Made by a program: the position numbers and the translations under genes. Source: an uncultured Alphaproteobacteria bacterium (GTDB taxonomy: Bacteria > Pseudomonadota > Alphaproteobacteria > HIMB59 > GCA-002718135). From it: a DNA stretch of 64,000 nt. The stretch lies in contig CACGUF010000005.1 of NCBI GenBank assembly GCA_902576125.1, forward strand, positions 18,657 through 82,656, in the 5' to 3' direction. Positions 42,452-52,178 of the stretch are shown here, piece by piece; position 1 is the stretch's first letter, and every line of letters starts with the position of its first letter. The notes beneath the pieces are model-generated. The model saw nothing but the letters and a program-made list of their open reading frames with translations, did no database searches and was not told the origin of the DNA.

Positions 42452-43558
42452 ATGAAAAAAAATTTTAGATTTTATGACAATAGACAAAAATATTTGTTAT
42501 TTGTTACAACAACAAATGAAAAAAATCAAATTGCTGATGCTATTCGTCCTCATGTAAATAGAATCAAACCACAAAAACCTGGAATAAAATTATTTGATGC
42601 GGGTATGGGTGATGGATCATTATTAATGAATGTTATGCGTCAATGTCATTCTGCAAACCCTACCATTCCATTATTGGTTGCAACAAAGGAAATTAGTATA
42701 GAAGATGTAAGATTAGGTTTAGAAAAATTACCAGACAGATTTGTCGAACATAAAAATACTGTTTTTGTAATTTCAAATTTACATTATGCAGAAGCTGCAA
42801 ATTTAAAATCTAAAAATGAAAAGAAACAACAAAAAATTAATTGGAATGTTATAAAACTTAAAGGAGATACTTCACTTGAGTTTGCACAGCAGTTAAGAAA
42901 ACAAAATGAATTCTTAGAAAAAAAATGGAACATAGAAATTAATGAAAAAACAGGAAACCCAACTTATAAAGAACCTTCCGTTATGGTTATTTATAGAGAA
43001 GACCAAGAATTCAATGTAAATGAATTAATTCCGATAAAAAATAATTCTGAAAATAAATTTGATCTCATAATTGCATCCCAGCCTTATAGATCACGAATTT
43101 CAGCTGAAAAAAAGGTAAAATATGTTATTGAGCCTATGATTAGGGCTTTAAAATCAAAGGGAAAGTTATTAACCATTCATGCTGCTGGAAAAGATCCAGC
43201 AAATGACATTGTTAAAAAATTATGGCCAAAAGAAAAACCCTTTCCTTCTCTTGGTAACAGCATAATTTCATATTTAAAGAAAAATTTAGATAAAGATTTA
43301 CTAAATAAATTATTTTTTGGTGAAAAAAGAAACATTAAATGTAGACTAAGAGCTTTGCCTAATGAAATCAGTGGAAGTATTGCAACATCATTAATTTTTT
43401 CAGCATGGAATGCCTCAATATATGTTAATCAAATGGATGACGACAAAGTCATGAAAGTTGAGAAAACAAAAAATTATGAAAAAATTGTTCAAAATGTTGT
43501 TGCAAAGAATAAAGGTCTTTATTTTAATAATGAAATATTTGTAATTGGAAAAAAATAA
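42452..43558 (+). CDS. uncharacterised SAM-dependent methyltransferase-like protein
   Basis: LFDAGMGDG (motif I-like) and FDLIIASQ (motif IV-like). Confidence 0.55.
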   Translation: MKKNFRFYDNRQKYLLFVTTTNEKNQIADAIRPHVNRIKPQKPGIKLFDAGMGDGSLLMNVMRQCHSANPTIPLLVATKEISIEDVRLGLEKLPDRFVEHKNTVFVISNLHYAEAANLKSKNEKKQQKINWNVIKLKGDTSLEFAQQLRKQNEFLEKKWNIEINEKTGNPTYKEPSVMVIYREDQEFNVNELIPIKNNSENKFDLIIASQPYRSRISAEKKVKYVIEPMIRALKSKGKLLTIHAAGKDPANDIVKKLWPKEKPFPSLGNSIISYLKKNLDKDLLNKLFFGEKRNIKCRLRALPNEISGSIATSLIFSAWNASIYVNQMDDDKVMKVEKTKNYEKIVQNVVAKNKGLYFNNEIFVIGKK

Positions 43559-43560
43559 AT

Positions 43561-44358
43561 TTACTCACTCTCAAACCAGTTTACTTCTGATTTTAAAAAA
43601 TCTTCACTATGAACAATTATAGAGTCGTCTGATAATAAAATAACATTATAATTAGGATCTGTATTTGCAGTTCCAAGTCTGTATTTATCAATAAAGTTAG
43701 AAACTAGGGGCTGCCAAGTACTTCGAGGAGAAGAAAAATTTATACCTAAATATTGCCCAGAGCTTGTAATATGTTGATGACCAAAAAAAATATGCTCAAT
43801 AGAATTTTTAAATTGTAATAAAATTTTTTTAAACTCTTCTCTTTGTACAAGGCCAATAGAGTCACTTTTTTTATGACCTAACGCCAAGGGATTATGATGC
43901 ATAAATAAAAAAATTTTATTTTGTTTTTCTTTTTGTAATATATCTATTAACCAGTGTTGTCTTTTTTCACATAAGTAACCTTCATCTTTACCTGCTAAAT
44001 TTGTATCTAGGAAAATAAATGTTTTATCATTATCTTTTTCTACATACTGAACAAAACCATTTTTATCAGTTTTGATATCTGGAAAATTTTTTTTGAAATT
44101 TTCTCGGTTATCATGATTACCTAAAATTAATTTAGGTTTTAGATGTTTAGGTAAATTTATCTCTACTAATATATCTTTAAAAATTTGGTAAGAGTTGTTC
44201 TGTCCAAAATGTGTTATATCTCCTGTAATTATAAAATGATCAGCATTTATGTGATTTTCTTTAATATGTTCTAATGCCAATTTAAATCTTTGTTTTGAAT
44301 CAATCCCATGTAGTAATTTAGGCTCAATATGCGGATCAGATAAATGTATAATTTTCAT
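43561..44358 (-). CDS. metallophosphoesterase, GpdQ/CpdA-like phosphodiesterase
   Basis: SDPH, TGD, LGNHD, MHH, FGHQH. Confidence 0.88.
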   Translation of the reverse strand: MKIIHLSDPHIEPKLLHGIDSKQRFKLALEHIKENHINADHFIITGDITHFGQNNSYQIFKDILVEINLPKHLKPKLILGNHDNRENFKKNFPDIKTDKNGFVQYVEKDNDKTFIFLDTNLAGKDEGYLCEKRQHWLIDILQKEKQNKIFLFMHHNPLALGHKKSDSIGLVQREEFKKILLQFKNSIEHIFFGHQHITSSGQYLGINFSSPRSTWQPLVSNFIDKYRLGTANTDPNYNVILLSDDSIIVHSEDFLKSEVNWFESE

Positions 44359-44467
44359 AAAAACTTGATATTTTTTTTAAATTATTCACATTATCAATTT
44401 GAGAGTTGACTATGTAAATATTGATCAACCAATTTTATTTTCAGAATTATATAAAAAACAATTTGAA

Positions 44468-45100
44468 TTATAAAGTGGTTTTAAAATAAATATATTTTTT
44501 AAACTCTTTTTGTAAATCAATACTTACTCTAGCATGCACTTTTCCTTGTCTACCTTGAAAAGAGCTTTTTTCTTCAATTGGAAAAACTCCTTCATGCCAA
44601 ATATTTGGGTGTATATAAAGTCCCTGTGATCCATCAAAATAAAACGCCTTAAAATCACCAACTTGTACGTCATCTCCAGGTAAAGCTAATGGTGAAATAA
44701 AAGGGCTTTTAGTGGAGGGATAAAAGAGCTGTCCACCATCAGGGTGGTAATTCACATGCCAGATATATATATGGTCAGGTTTTTTATATTCTGTTGCTGG
44801 ATCACTCGTTGGTGGTAAAGCATGTCCTAGTATATATTTACCATCTACTTCGTAGTCACTATTGTTATGTTGAACAGCATTATTTTGTCCCCACAAAGTA
44901 CTACCTTCCCACCAAGTATCAAAAGATCCTTCCGTACTCCCTCCTTCATTTCCTGTTCCTTTATCAATCTCTCGCCAACCTTTTTTAGGCCACGTTACAA
45001 TTTCAATGTCACTATTTTCATAGGAGTCAATTAAGTATCCATATCCTTTAAGTGTTTCATTGGTCGCTTTAACTAGAAGAATTTCAACAGCATCACTCAT
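44468..45100 (-). CDS. ureidoglycolate lyase (AllA)-like cupin
   Basis: ATNETLKGYG, HPDGGQLFYP, GLYIHPNIWH pattern typical of the AllA fold; directly downstream of phnW. Confidence 0.65.
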   Translation of the reverse strand: MSDAVEILLVKATNETLKGYGYLIDSYENSDIEIVTWPKKGWREIDKGTGNEGGSTEGSFDTWWEGSTLWGQNNAVQHNNSDYEVDGKYILGHALPPTSDPATEYKKPDHIYIWHVNYHPDGGQLFYPSTKSPFISPLALPGDDVQVGDFKAFYFDGSQGLYIHPNIWHEGVFPIEEKSSFQGRQGKVHARVSIDLQKEFKKYIYFKTTL

Positions 45101-45106
45101 AGGAAA

Positions 45107-46210
45107 TTAATTTTTAACATTAATATTTAATTCACTTACTACTTCTTTAACAGCTGTGATTGTATCTGTCATATCTTGTTGATTTAAATTACCAATGCAT
45201 CCAATACGAAAAGTATCAGCCACGGTTAATTTTCCAGGATAGATTAAAAAATCTTTATCACTTAACGCATTATAAAATTGATGAAAATTAAAATTAGGAT
45301 CATTCGGTTGTTTGAATGTAATGATAATTGGTGCTTGCAGTTCATCAGGTAGTAATTGCTCAAACCCAATTTCTTTCATACCATCACAAATAATTTTACA
45401 ATTATTTTTATATCGTTCATGTCTTCCTGCAACACCACCTTCCTTTTCATGTTCAGCAATTGCTTGATTGAAAGCTGCCAAGACATGTGTTGGTGGGGTA
45501 AAACGCCATTGTTTATTTTTTTCCATTGCTGTCCATTGATCATACAAATCTAAACTTAAGGAATGACAATTTCCTTTTGCATTTTCAATTACTTGGTTCT
45601 TCATTAAAATAAATCCAACACCAGGCACACCCTCTAAGCACTTATTCGATGAAGCGGCAACAGCATCAAAAGTAACATTTTTACTGCTAAGTGGCAGGGC
45701 TCCAAAGGCACTCATAGCATCAATAAACAAGGATAAGTTTTTTTTCTCAACCAAGCTCGCAATATCCTCAATAGGATTAAGAATTCCTGATGTTGTCTCA
45801 CAATAAACAGCAAAAACATGTGTTAATTGTGAATTCGCATCAATGATATCTTCTAATTTTTTTATATCATGAGGCTCATGTTCAGCAACCTCATATTCAA
45901 TTGTGTTTCGACCTAAATAAGAGCACATTTTTTTCATTCGTTGTCCATATGCACCGTTAATTAAAATTAAAATATTTGCATCTTTTGGTGTCAGTGAACT
46001 TATCATGGACTCAACAGCAAAAGTTCCACTTCCCTGCATAGGGACACACTGATACTTTCCTTCTCCATCAATCAATTTAATTAAAGAGTCTCTGATGGAT
46101 TGATTTAAATCTATAAATTTTTGATCACGTGAACCCCAGTCATGAAGCATTGCCTCTTTTGTGCTCATAGAAGTTGTTAGTGGCCCAGGTGTTAATAATT
46201 TTTTATCCAC
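45107..46210 (-). CDS. phnW: 2-aminoethylphosphonate--pyruvate transaminase
   Basis: LLTPGPLTTS, DWGSRD, QGSGTFAVE, CETTSGILN, SSNKCLEGVPG, WRFTPPTH, IYPGKLT; GTG start. Confidence 0.96.
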   Translation of the reverse strand: MDKKLLTPGPLTTSMSTKEAMLHDWGSRDQKFIDLNQSIRDSLIKLIDGEGKYQCVPMQGSGTFAVESMISSLTPKDANILILINGAYGQRMKKMCSYLGRNTIEYEVAEHEPHDIKKLEDIIDANSQLTHVFAVYCETTSGILNPIEDIASLVEKKNLSLFIDAMSAFGALPLSSKNVTFDAVAASSNKCLEGVPGVGFILMKNQVIENAKGNCHSLSLDLYDQWTAMEKNKQWRFTPPTHVLAAFNQAIAEHEKEGGVAGRHERYKNNCKIICDGMKEIGFEQLLPDELQAPIIITFKQPNDPNFNFHQFYNALSDKDFLIYPGKLTVADTFRIGCIGNLNQQDMTDTITAVKEVVSELNINVKN

Positions 46211-46231
46211 AATGATAAAATAAAGTAATAT

Positions 46232-48220
46232 TTATTTGATTCCATATTTATTTTTAAGTTTATTACTTCCAGCTTTTATAATTCTGTCAGCAATTATAGA
46301 TATAAAAGCTACACACAAACCAGCAACTAAACCCCTTCCTATATCTGCTTTAGTAAGACCTATGTAAACTTCTTGACCAAGATCTCTAGTTCCTACCAAT
46401 GCAGTAATTACTAACATAGATAAGGCAAGCATTATAGTTTGGTTTATGCCTAATAAAATTTCTGGTAAAGCCAAAGGTAGTTTTATTTTAAATAATAATT
46501 GCCTTTGAGAACATCCACTAATTAATGCTGCTTCTACAATTTGACTATTAATATTTCTTACACCATGAGCAGTATATCTTACCGCAGGAGCCAGTGCATA
46601 AAGTATCACAGCAATCATTGCTGTAAAATCGCCAACACGAAAAAGCATTACAACCGGTATTAAGTATACAAAACTTGGCAAAGTTTGAAGGGTATCAATA
46701 AAGGCCGTTAAAATTTTATTTGCTCTGTCGTTTAAACCTGCCCATACTCCAAGTGGGATACCTATAATAGAAGCAATGATTACACTAGAACCACACAAAT
46801 AAAGCGTTATCATAGCTTTTTCCCAGAGACCTGTAGTAACTATAAAAATTGACATTAATAGGCATAATAATGCTAATTTTAATTTTCCAAAATACCATCC
46901 GATAATTGTAATAATAAAAATAAACCAAGGCCATGGGATCCCCAGAAAGAATTTTTTTATCGGCAGCATAAAAAAAGTTAACAAAGTTATTTTAAAACTC
47001 TCTAGATTATCAAAATAATTAATATTTATATATTTGACCAATTCCTCCCAGAATAATGAAGTATTAATCATTAACTCTTTTGGAAATAACTTAAAAAAAG
47101 TAAAAAAAGTACCCAGAATATAAATTCCAATTATATATAGAATTAATAAAATTATTTTTTTATATTTATTATAAAAAGTTTGCTGAGTTTTTTTTGAGAG
47201 AGTTGGTAAATTAGCAAAAGATTGACTTAGACGATCTAAAGCAATTGCTATAACAACAATTGCTATTCCTGATTCTATACCTCCGCCAATGTCTAATCTT
47301 CTTAGTGAGGCTAATACATCATAGCCCAATCCACCTGCACCAATCATAGAAGCTATGATAACCATATTAAGTGATAGCATAATCACTTGATTTACACCTA
47401 TAAGTAAAGTTGGTTTAGAGACTGGGATTAGCACCTTCCACATTAATTGTCTTTCTGTGCAACCAGACATGAGCCCACTCTCTTTTAATTGTGGATCAAT
47501 GTTGTTAAGTGCTAGAAGTGTAGTTCTAACCATTGGGGGCATTGCATATATTATTGTGGCAATTAATGCAGAAACTGGCCCAAAACCAAACATTACAAGT
47601 ATTGGAACTAAATAAGCAAAGACTGGAACTGTTTGCATGAGGTCTAATATTGGGGTTATAATTTTTTCTAAAATTTTTGACTTATAGGACAATATCCCTA
47701 ATAATATCCCTAGGACAACCCCAATTGGCACAGCAATAATGATTGAAGATAATGTAATCATTGAACTTTGCCATTGATCAAATACAGCCAAATAAACTAT
47801 TGATAGAACAACGAGTATTATTAAAAACTTATCTCTTGTATAAAGCGCAAGGGTAAAAAAAATACCAACAACTGAAATCCAACTTAGTGGTTCCATTATT
47901 TGGATTGCATCTTGACCTTGTCCTTTTAATATTCCTTTAGAAAATATAGCTAAAACTATATTGTAAGGCTGTTCTATAATCCAAGCAAAGAAACGAGTAA
48001 GATCATTAAAAGTAAATAACCAAAAATGTGCTTCGTTAATTAACCATTTAACAAATGTTGTAGTATAAATAGCAAAAGGAAATGAATAATGCTTTGGATA
48101 TTTTACTAACCATTTACTATCAAAGTAGTTTGCTATTTCTTTGCCATACCAATACAAAAGAAACGTTAAGAAAGTTAGAGAAATAAAAATAATTTTATTT
48201 GATATTTTTTTATTCTGCAT
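46232..48220 (-). CDS. ProW-type ABC permease with duplicated domain (quaternary-amine family)
   Basis: Two copies of QT.P.F.YL.P and G.NQ.IML.L.M.VI; 662 aa. Confidence 0.9.
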   Translation of the reverse strand: MQNKKISNKIIFISLTFLTFLLYWYGKEIANYFDSKWLVKYPKHYSFPFAIYTTTFVKWLINEAHFWLFTFNDLTRFFAWIIEQPYNIVLAIFSKGILKGQGQDAIQIMEPLSWISVVGIFFTLALYTRDKFLIILVVLSIVYLAVFDQWQSSMITLSSIIIAVPIGVVLGILLGILSYKSKILEKIITPILDLMQTVPVFAYLVPILVMFGFGPVSALIATIIYAMPPMVRTTLLALNNIDPQLKESGLMSGCTERQLMWKVLIPVSKPTLLIGVNQVIMLSLNMVIIASMIGAGGLGYDVLASLRRLDIGGGIESGIAIVVIAIALDRLSQSFANLPTLSKKTQQTFYNKYKKIILLILYIIGIYILGTFFTFFKLFPKELMINTSLFWEELVKYININYFDNLESFKITLLTFFMLPIKKFFLGIPWPWFIFIITIIGWYFGKLKLALLCLLMSIFIVTTGLWEKAMITLYLCGSSVIIASIIGIPLGVWAGLNDRANKILTAFIDTLQTLPSFVYLIPVVMLFRVGDFTAMIAVILYALAPAVRYTAHGVRNINSQIVEAALISGCSQRQLLFKIKLPLALPEILLGINQTIMLALSMLVITALVGTRDLGQEVYIGLTKADIGRGLVAGLCVAFISIIADRIIKAGSNKLKNKYGIK

Positions 48221-48230
48221 ATTTTAAATT

Positions 48231-48254
48231 TAAAAGGGGGATATAAATCCCCCT
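48231..48254 (-). terminator. hairpin after the betaine-type SBP gene
   Basis: AGGGGGAT-N4-ATCCCCCT stem with a T run on the minus strand, between SBP and permease. Confidence 0.7.
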
Positions 48255-48275
48255 AGAAAAATTAAGATTAAAGGA

Positions 48276-49223
48276 TTATTTTATCCACGTACCCCATCTA
48301 TCTTTATTGTTAGACATCCATTCAGCTACTACAGCCTCTACTGTATTACCATCAAGATCTACAGCAGCAACTAGATTGCCCATTTCATTACTATCAAGTG
48401 TAAAAGCTTCTACTGCATCGTAAGCACCTGGCCATTTGTCTTTAAGCATGCTTGAAGCTACTTTCCAAATAGGACCTCTTGGTTTACCACAATCATAAGC
48501 AGCATTTTTATTTATACCCCAAGACGGATCTGTATAACACTCAGTCGTGTATGGTGGAAATTCTACAAATTCTCCATCATATTTAGAAGGTGCCCAATGT
48601 GGAGCATATACCCAAAGCATTATAGGTGCTTTTCTTTGATATGCAGATTCTAATTCACCAAAAAGCGCTCCATCAGTTCCTGCATGAATTACTTCCCAAT
48701 CTAACCCAAGAGCTTCAACGCGCTCATCATCATATCCACCCCAAGTTACAGGACCACCTAGATATCTTCCTTTTGGAGATGTTTCTGGTGTAGAAAAAGC
48801 TTCTGCACAATCGTTAAGAGCTTCCCAATTTGGAAGTCCAGGACATTTGTCTTTCATGTAAGATGGATACCACCATTCCTCAATAGCATCCATTCCAGTA
48901 GTTCCTACATTAACTACTCTTCCATCAGCTGTATATTCGTCAATGGCATCACGACCAGTTGTTTCCCACATCTCCATTGCTACATGCAGATCCCCTGTTT
49001 GAAGGCCAGCAAATTGAGCAATATAATCGGCAGGAACTAGCTCAACATTGTATCCAGCTTCTTTAAGAACTTCAGCCATAATGTTAGTTGTGATTAATTG
49101 ACCAGTCCAGTCATGCAAAGTAAGCTTGATAGGATCTTTTGATTCCACCGCATAAATATTTTGTGCAAATAGAATAAAAATAAAGCTTAATAGAATATTA
49201 AATTTATTTTTAAGAATTTTCAT
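48276..49223 (-). CDS. glycine betaine/TMAO (TmoX-like) ABC substrate-binding protein
   Basis: DPI....HDW.GQ, EEWWYP...KDKCPGLPNWEALNDC, KGRYLGGPVTW, YDCG.P, KWP pattern similar to TmoX-family SBPs. Confidence 0.82.
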   Translation of the reverse strand: MKILKNKFNILLSFIFILFAQNIYAVESKDPIKLTLHDWTGQLITTNIMAEVLKEAGYNVELVPADYIAQFAGLQTGDLHVAMEMWETTGRDAIDEYTADGRVVNVGTTGMDAIEEWWYPSYMKDKCPGLPNWEALNDCAEAFSTPETSPKGRYLGGPVTWGGYDDERVEALGLDWEVIHAGTDGALFGELESAYQRKAPIMLWVYAPHWAPSKYDGEFVEFPPYTTECYTDPSWGINKNAAYDCGKPRGPIWKVASSMLKDKWPGAYDAVEAFTLDSNEMGNLVAAVDLDGNTVEAVVAEWMSNNKDRWGTWIK

Positions 49224-49348
49224 TTTACCTCCCAGTAATAAATTTTATTAAAACATTAAATAAAACTAATGAATAAAACTACTAAAAACGAACAATTATT
49301 CTTAAATTTTCTAATAATTATTAAGTTTATTAATAAATTTTACAATAT

Positions 49349-50359
49349 TTAATTATTAATAAATTTTGAGACCGTTTCTTTATTAAGTGAGCCAACTATA
49401 TTATTTGATCTATCAATAACTGAAACTGATCCTTCAGAGAGAACTTTTTCGAGAATTGAAAATATTTTTTCATCTTCATAAACTGTTGTGGAATTATTTG
49501 TTACTTTTTTATTATCCATTATACTTTTTACAGATAATAATCTCTCCCTTGGGAGGTCTTCAGTAAATTCTTTTACATAATCATCTGCAGGCTTCATAAT
49601 TAAATCTTCAGGACTTCCAATTTGTACTATTCTTCCTTCATTCATAATAATGATTCTATCTGCTAATTTAATTGCTTCATCAAAATCATGAGTTATAAAA
49701 ATAATAGTTTTTTTAAGTGAGTTTTGAATTTTTAAAAACTCATTTTGCATTTCTTTTCTTATTAACGGATCTAAAGCAGAAAATGGTTCATCTAAAAACC
49801 ATAACTCTGGTTTAACAGCCAGAGAGCGACCAATACCAACTCTTTGTTGTTGTCCTCCTGATAGTTCTTTTGGAAAATAGTTTTCTCTTCCTTGTAGTCC
49901 TACCAGTTCAATTATTTCTAAAGCAGATTTCTCTCTTTCTTTTTTACTAATGCCCTGTACCTCTAAAGGAAATGCTATATTTTCTATTACTGTTCTATGA
50001 GGAAAAAGAGCAAAGTGTTGGAACACCATACCCATCTTATGTCTTCTAATTTCTATTAATTCATTTTTTGTTAATTTTCCCATATCAATATTTTCAAAAA
50101 AAATTTCTCCAATTGTTGGATCAACTAATCTAGACATACATCTTACTAAAGTTGATTTTCCTGAACCACTTAGACCCATTATTACAAGAATCTCATTTTC
50201 ATAAACTTCTAATGAGGCATTTCTAATTGCTTGTATATAACCACTTGCTTCTATTGTTTTTTTATCAGGGTTATTATTATGAAGTTGTAAAAATTCTTTT
50301 GGCTTATCCCCATATAATTTCCAAACATTTTTACATACAAGTTTAGGTGACTTATTCAT
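49349..50359 (-). CDS. ProV-type ABC ATP-binding protein
   Basis: MGLSGSGKST, FQHFALFPH, LSGGQQQRVG, DEPFSALDPLIR. Confidence 0.92.
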   Translation of the reverse strand: MNKSPKLVCKNVWKLYGDKPKEFLQLHNNNPDKKTIEASGYIQAIRNASLEVYENEILVIMGLSGSGKSTLVRCMSRLVDPTIGEIFFENIDMGKLTKNELIEIRRHKMGMVFQHFALFPHRTVIENIAFPLEVQGISKKEREKSALEIIELVGLQGRENYFPKELSGGQQQRVGIGRSLAVKPELWFLDEPFSALDPLIRKEMQNEFLKIQNSLKKTIIFITHDFDEAIKLADRIIIMNEGRIVQIGSPEDLIMKPADDYVKEFTEDLPRERLLSVKSIMDNKKVTNNSTTVYEDEKIFSILEKVLSEGSVSVIDRSNNIVGSLNKETVSKFINN

Positions 50360-50361
50360 CT

Positions 50362-51126
50362 TTATCCTTTAGCGTACCATCCATTATCTACATACAAAGC
50401 TGTTCCATTAACAAAACTAGATTCATCAGAAGCTAAATATAACACAGCGGATGCAACTTCTTCTGGCTTACATATTCTTCCCTGTACAGAATGCAAATCA
50501 TTTTCATTCCAATTTTGCCCTTGCTCATCTAATTCCTTAATCTCTCTTAATCCATGATTTGTTTTAACAAAACCAGGACATATCGCATTACATCTAATTC
50601 CTTGATCTCTGTATTCAACAGCGATTGATCTAGCTAATTGTAAAACAGCACCTTTGGTCATGCAATATAATGACTCTAGGGCAAAACCTTTTTCCCCTCC
50701 TATTGATGAAGTAATAATAATATTTCCTCCTTTATTATTGAGCATTGAAGGAATCACTTCATTACAAACAAGAAATGCGGATCGAACATTTATATCCATT
50801 AAATAATCATAATCTTTTTCAGAAGACTCATGAAGAGGTTTAACTATGATAGTCCCAGCATGATTAAATAAAATATTAACTGTGCCAAATAAATCCATAA
50901 TTTGACTAATTGATTTTTTTACTTCACTAGATTTTGTTAAATCAGTATGAAAGAAAAATGCTTTTTCACTATTTGTATTAATTTTATTTACAGTTTTTTC
51001 ACCCTCAGATTTATTTATATCCATTATAGCAACTAGAGCACCTTCATTACAGAATAATTCTGCTGTAGCTTTGCCCATTCCAGAAGCGCCACCTGTAATA
51101 ATTACTTTCTTATTTTTTAATTTCAT
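50362..51126 (-). CDS. short-chain dehydrogenase/reductase
   Basis: TGGASGMG, NHAG, YCMTK, ICPG. Confidence 0.92.
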   Translation of the reverse strand: MKLKNKKVIITGGASGMGKATAELFCNEGALVAIMDINKSEGEKTVNKINTNSEKAFFFHTDLTKSSEVKKSISQIMDLFGTVNILFNHAGTIIVKPLHESSEKDYDYLMDINVRSAFLVCNEVIPSMLNNKGGNIIITSSIGGEKGFALESLYCMTKGAVLQLARSIAVEYRDQGIRCNAICPGFVKTNHGLREIKELDEQGQNWNENDLHSVQGRICKPEEVASAVLYLASDESSFVNGTALYVDNGWYAKG

Positions 51127-51190
51127 TTTATTATGTATGTTTAATAAGTATAATGCAAAATGGTCAATAAAAAACTATTATATAAAATTT

Positions 51191-51205
51191 TTATGTTAAA
51201 CATAA
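51191..51205. promoter_or_regulatory. palindromic candidate operator in the SDR/kinase divergent region
   Basis: TTATGTT-A-AACATAA perfect inverted repeat. Confidence 0.35.
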
Positions 51206-51248
51206 TTGTAAAATATATTTTAAAAAGTTAGAAGTTTAAAAGGTTTTT

Positions 51249-52172
51249 ATGGATACATATATTGATAAAGTTTTTTCAATTTTAAATAATATTAAGGGAT
51301 ATGAAAAAATTTCAAGAGAAAATAGTAACCTGAAGCGCCTTGGCGGAATGACTAATATTGTTCATTTAGTAGAAGCTGAAAATATTAATCTCATAGTTCG
51401 TATCCCTGGAAAAGGAACAGAAGATTATATTAATCGTACTTTTGAATATAATAATGCAATGGCGGCATGGCGGGCTGGTATATCAGCAGAGATTATATGG
51501 GCAGATGTTGAGAATGGAATAATGGTTTCAAAAGCAATTAATGGAATAGAAACTATGACTCCAAACCTTTTTACTTCAAGAGAAGGCTCACCAGCTAGAG
51601 CAGGTTTAGCTTTGGCAAAGCTTCATAATTCTGGAGAGACTTTTGATTTTCACTTCGATCTTTTTAATATGATTGATGATTACTTAAATATTCTATCTTC
51701 TAAAAATGCTGAATTACCGGAAGGATATCATGATATAGTAGAAGCAGCAAAACCAGTAAAAGAAGCACTGGTTGCTAATCCTATGCCATTAGCTCCTAGT
51801 CATTGTGATCCTCTTTGTGAAAATTTTTTAGATGATGGAAATAATATGTGGATTGTAGATTGGGAATACTCGGGAATGAATGATCCCATGTGGGATCTTG
51901 GAGATCTTTCTGTTGAAGCAGGCATGGATGAGAATCAAGAGAATGAAATGTTGATAGCATATTTTGGTAAAGATCCAACTGCAGCTCAAAAAGGAAGAGT
52001 TATAATTTATAAAGCAATGTGTGATTTACTCTGGACTTTATGGGGCTTGATTCAGCATGCAGATAAAAATCCAGCTGAAGATTTCTGGGCTTATTCAATA
52101 GAACGTTTTGAACGTTGTAAAAAATTGATGCAAAAATCTGAATTCGCTATTCATATAAATGCTATTAAATAA
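51249..52172 (+). CDS. choline/ethanolamine kinase (APH-superfamily phosphotransferase)
   Basis: LGGMTN, RIPGKGT, HCDPLCENF (Brenner-type motif), IVDWEYSGMND. Confidence 0.87.
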   Translation: MDTYIDKVFSILNNIKGYEKISRENSNLKRLGGMTNIVHLVEAENINLIVRIPGKGTEDYINRTFEYNNAMAAWRAGISAEIIWADVENGIMVSKAINGIETMTPNLFTSREGSPARAGLALAKLHNSGETFDFHFDLFNMIDDYLNILSSKNAELPEGYHDIVEAAKPVKEALVANPMPLAPSHCDPLCENFLDDGNNMWIVDWEYSGMNDPMWDLGDLSVEAGMDENQENEMLIAYFGKDPTAAQKGRVIIYKAMCDLLWTLWGLIQHADKNPAEDFWAYSIERFERCKKLMQKSEFAIHINAIK

Positions 52173-52178
52173 AATAAG

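Noticed and set aside
41337-46210. Phosphonate biosynthesis cluster (PhpC-like ADH plus AEP transaminase)
   Set aside because: No pepM or ppd in the window, while phnA, phnY, phnZ and importers indicate catabolism
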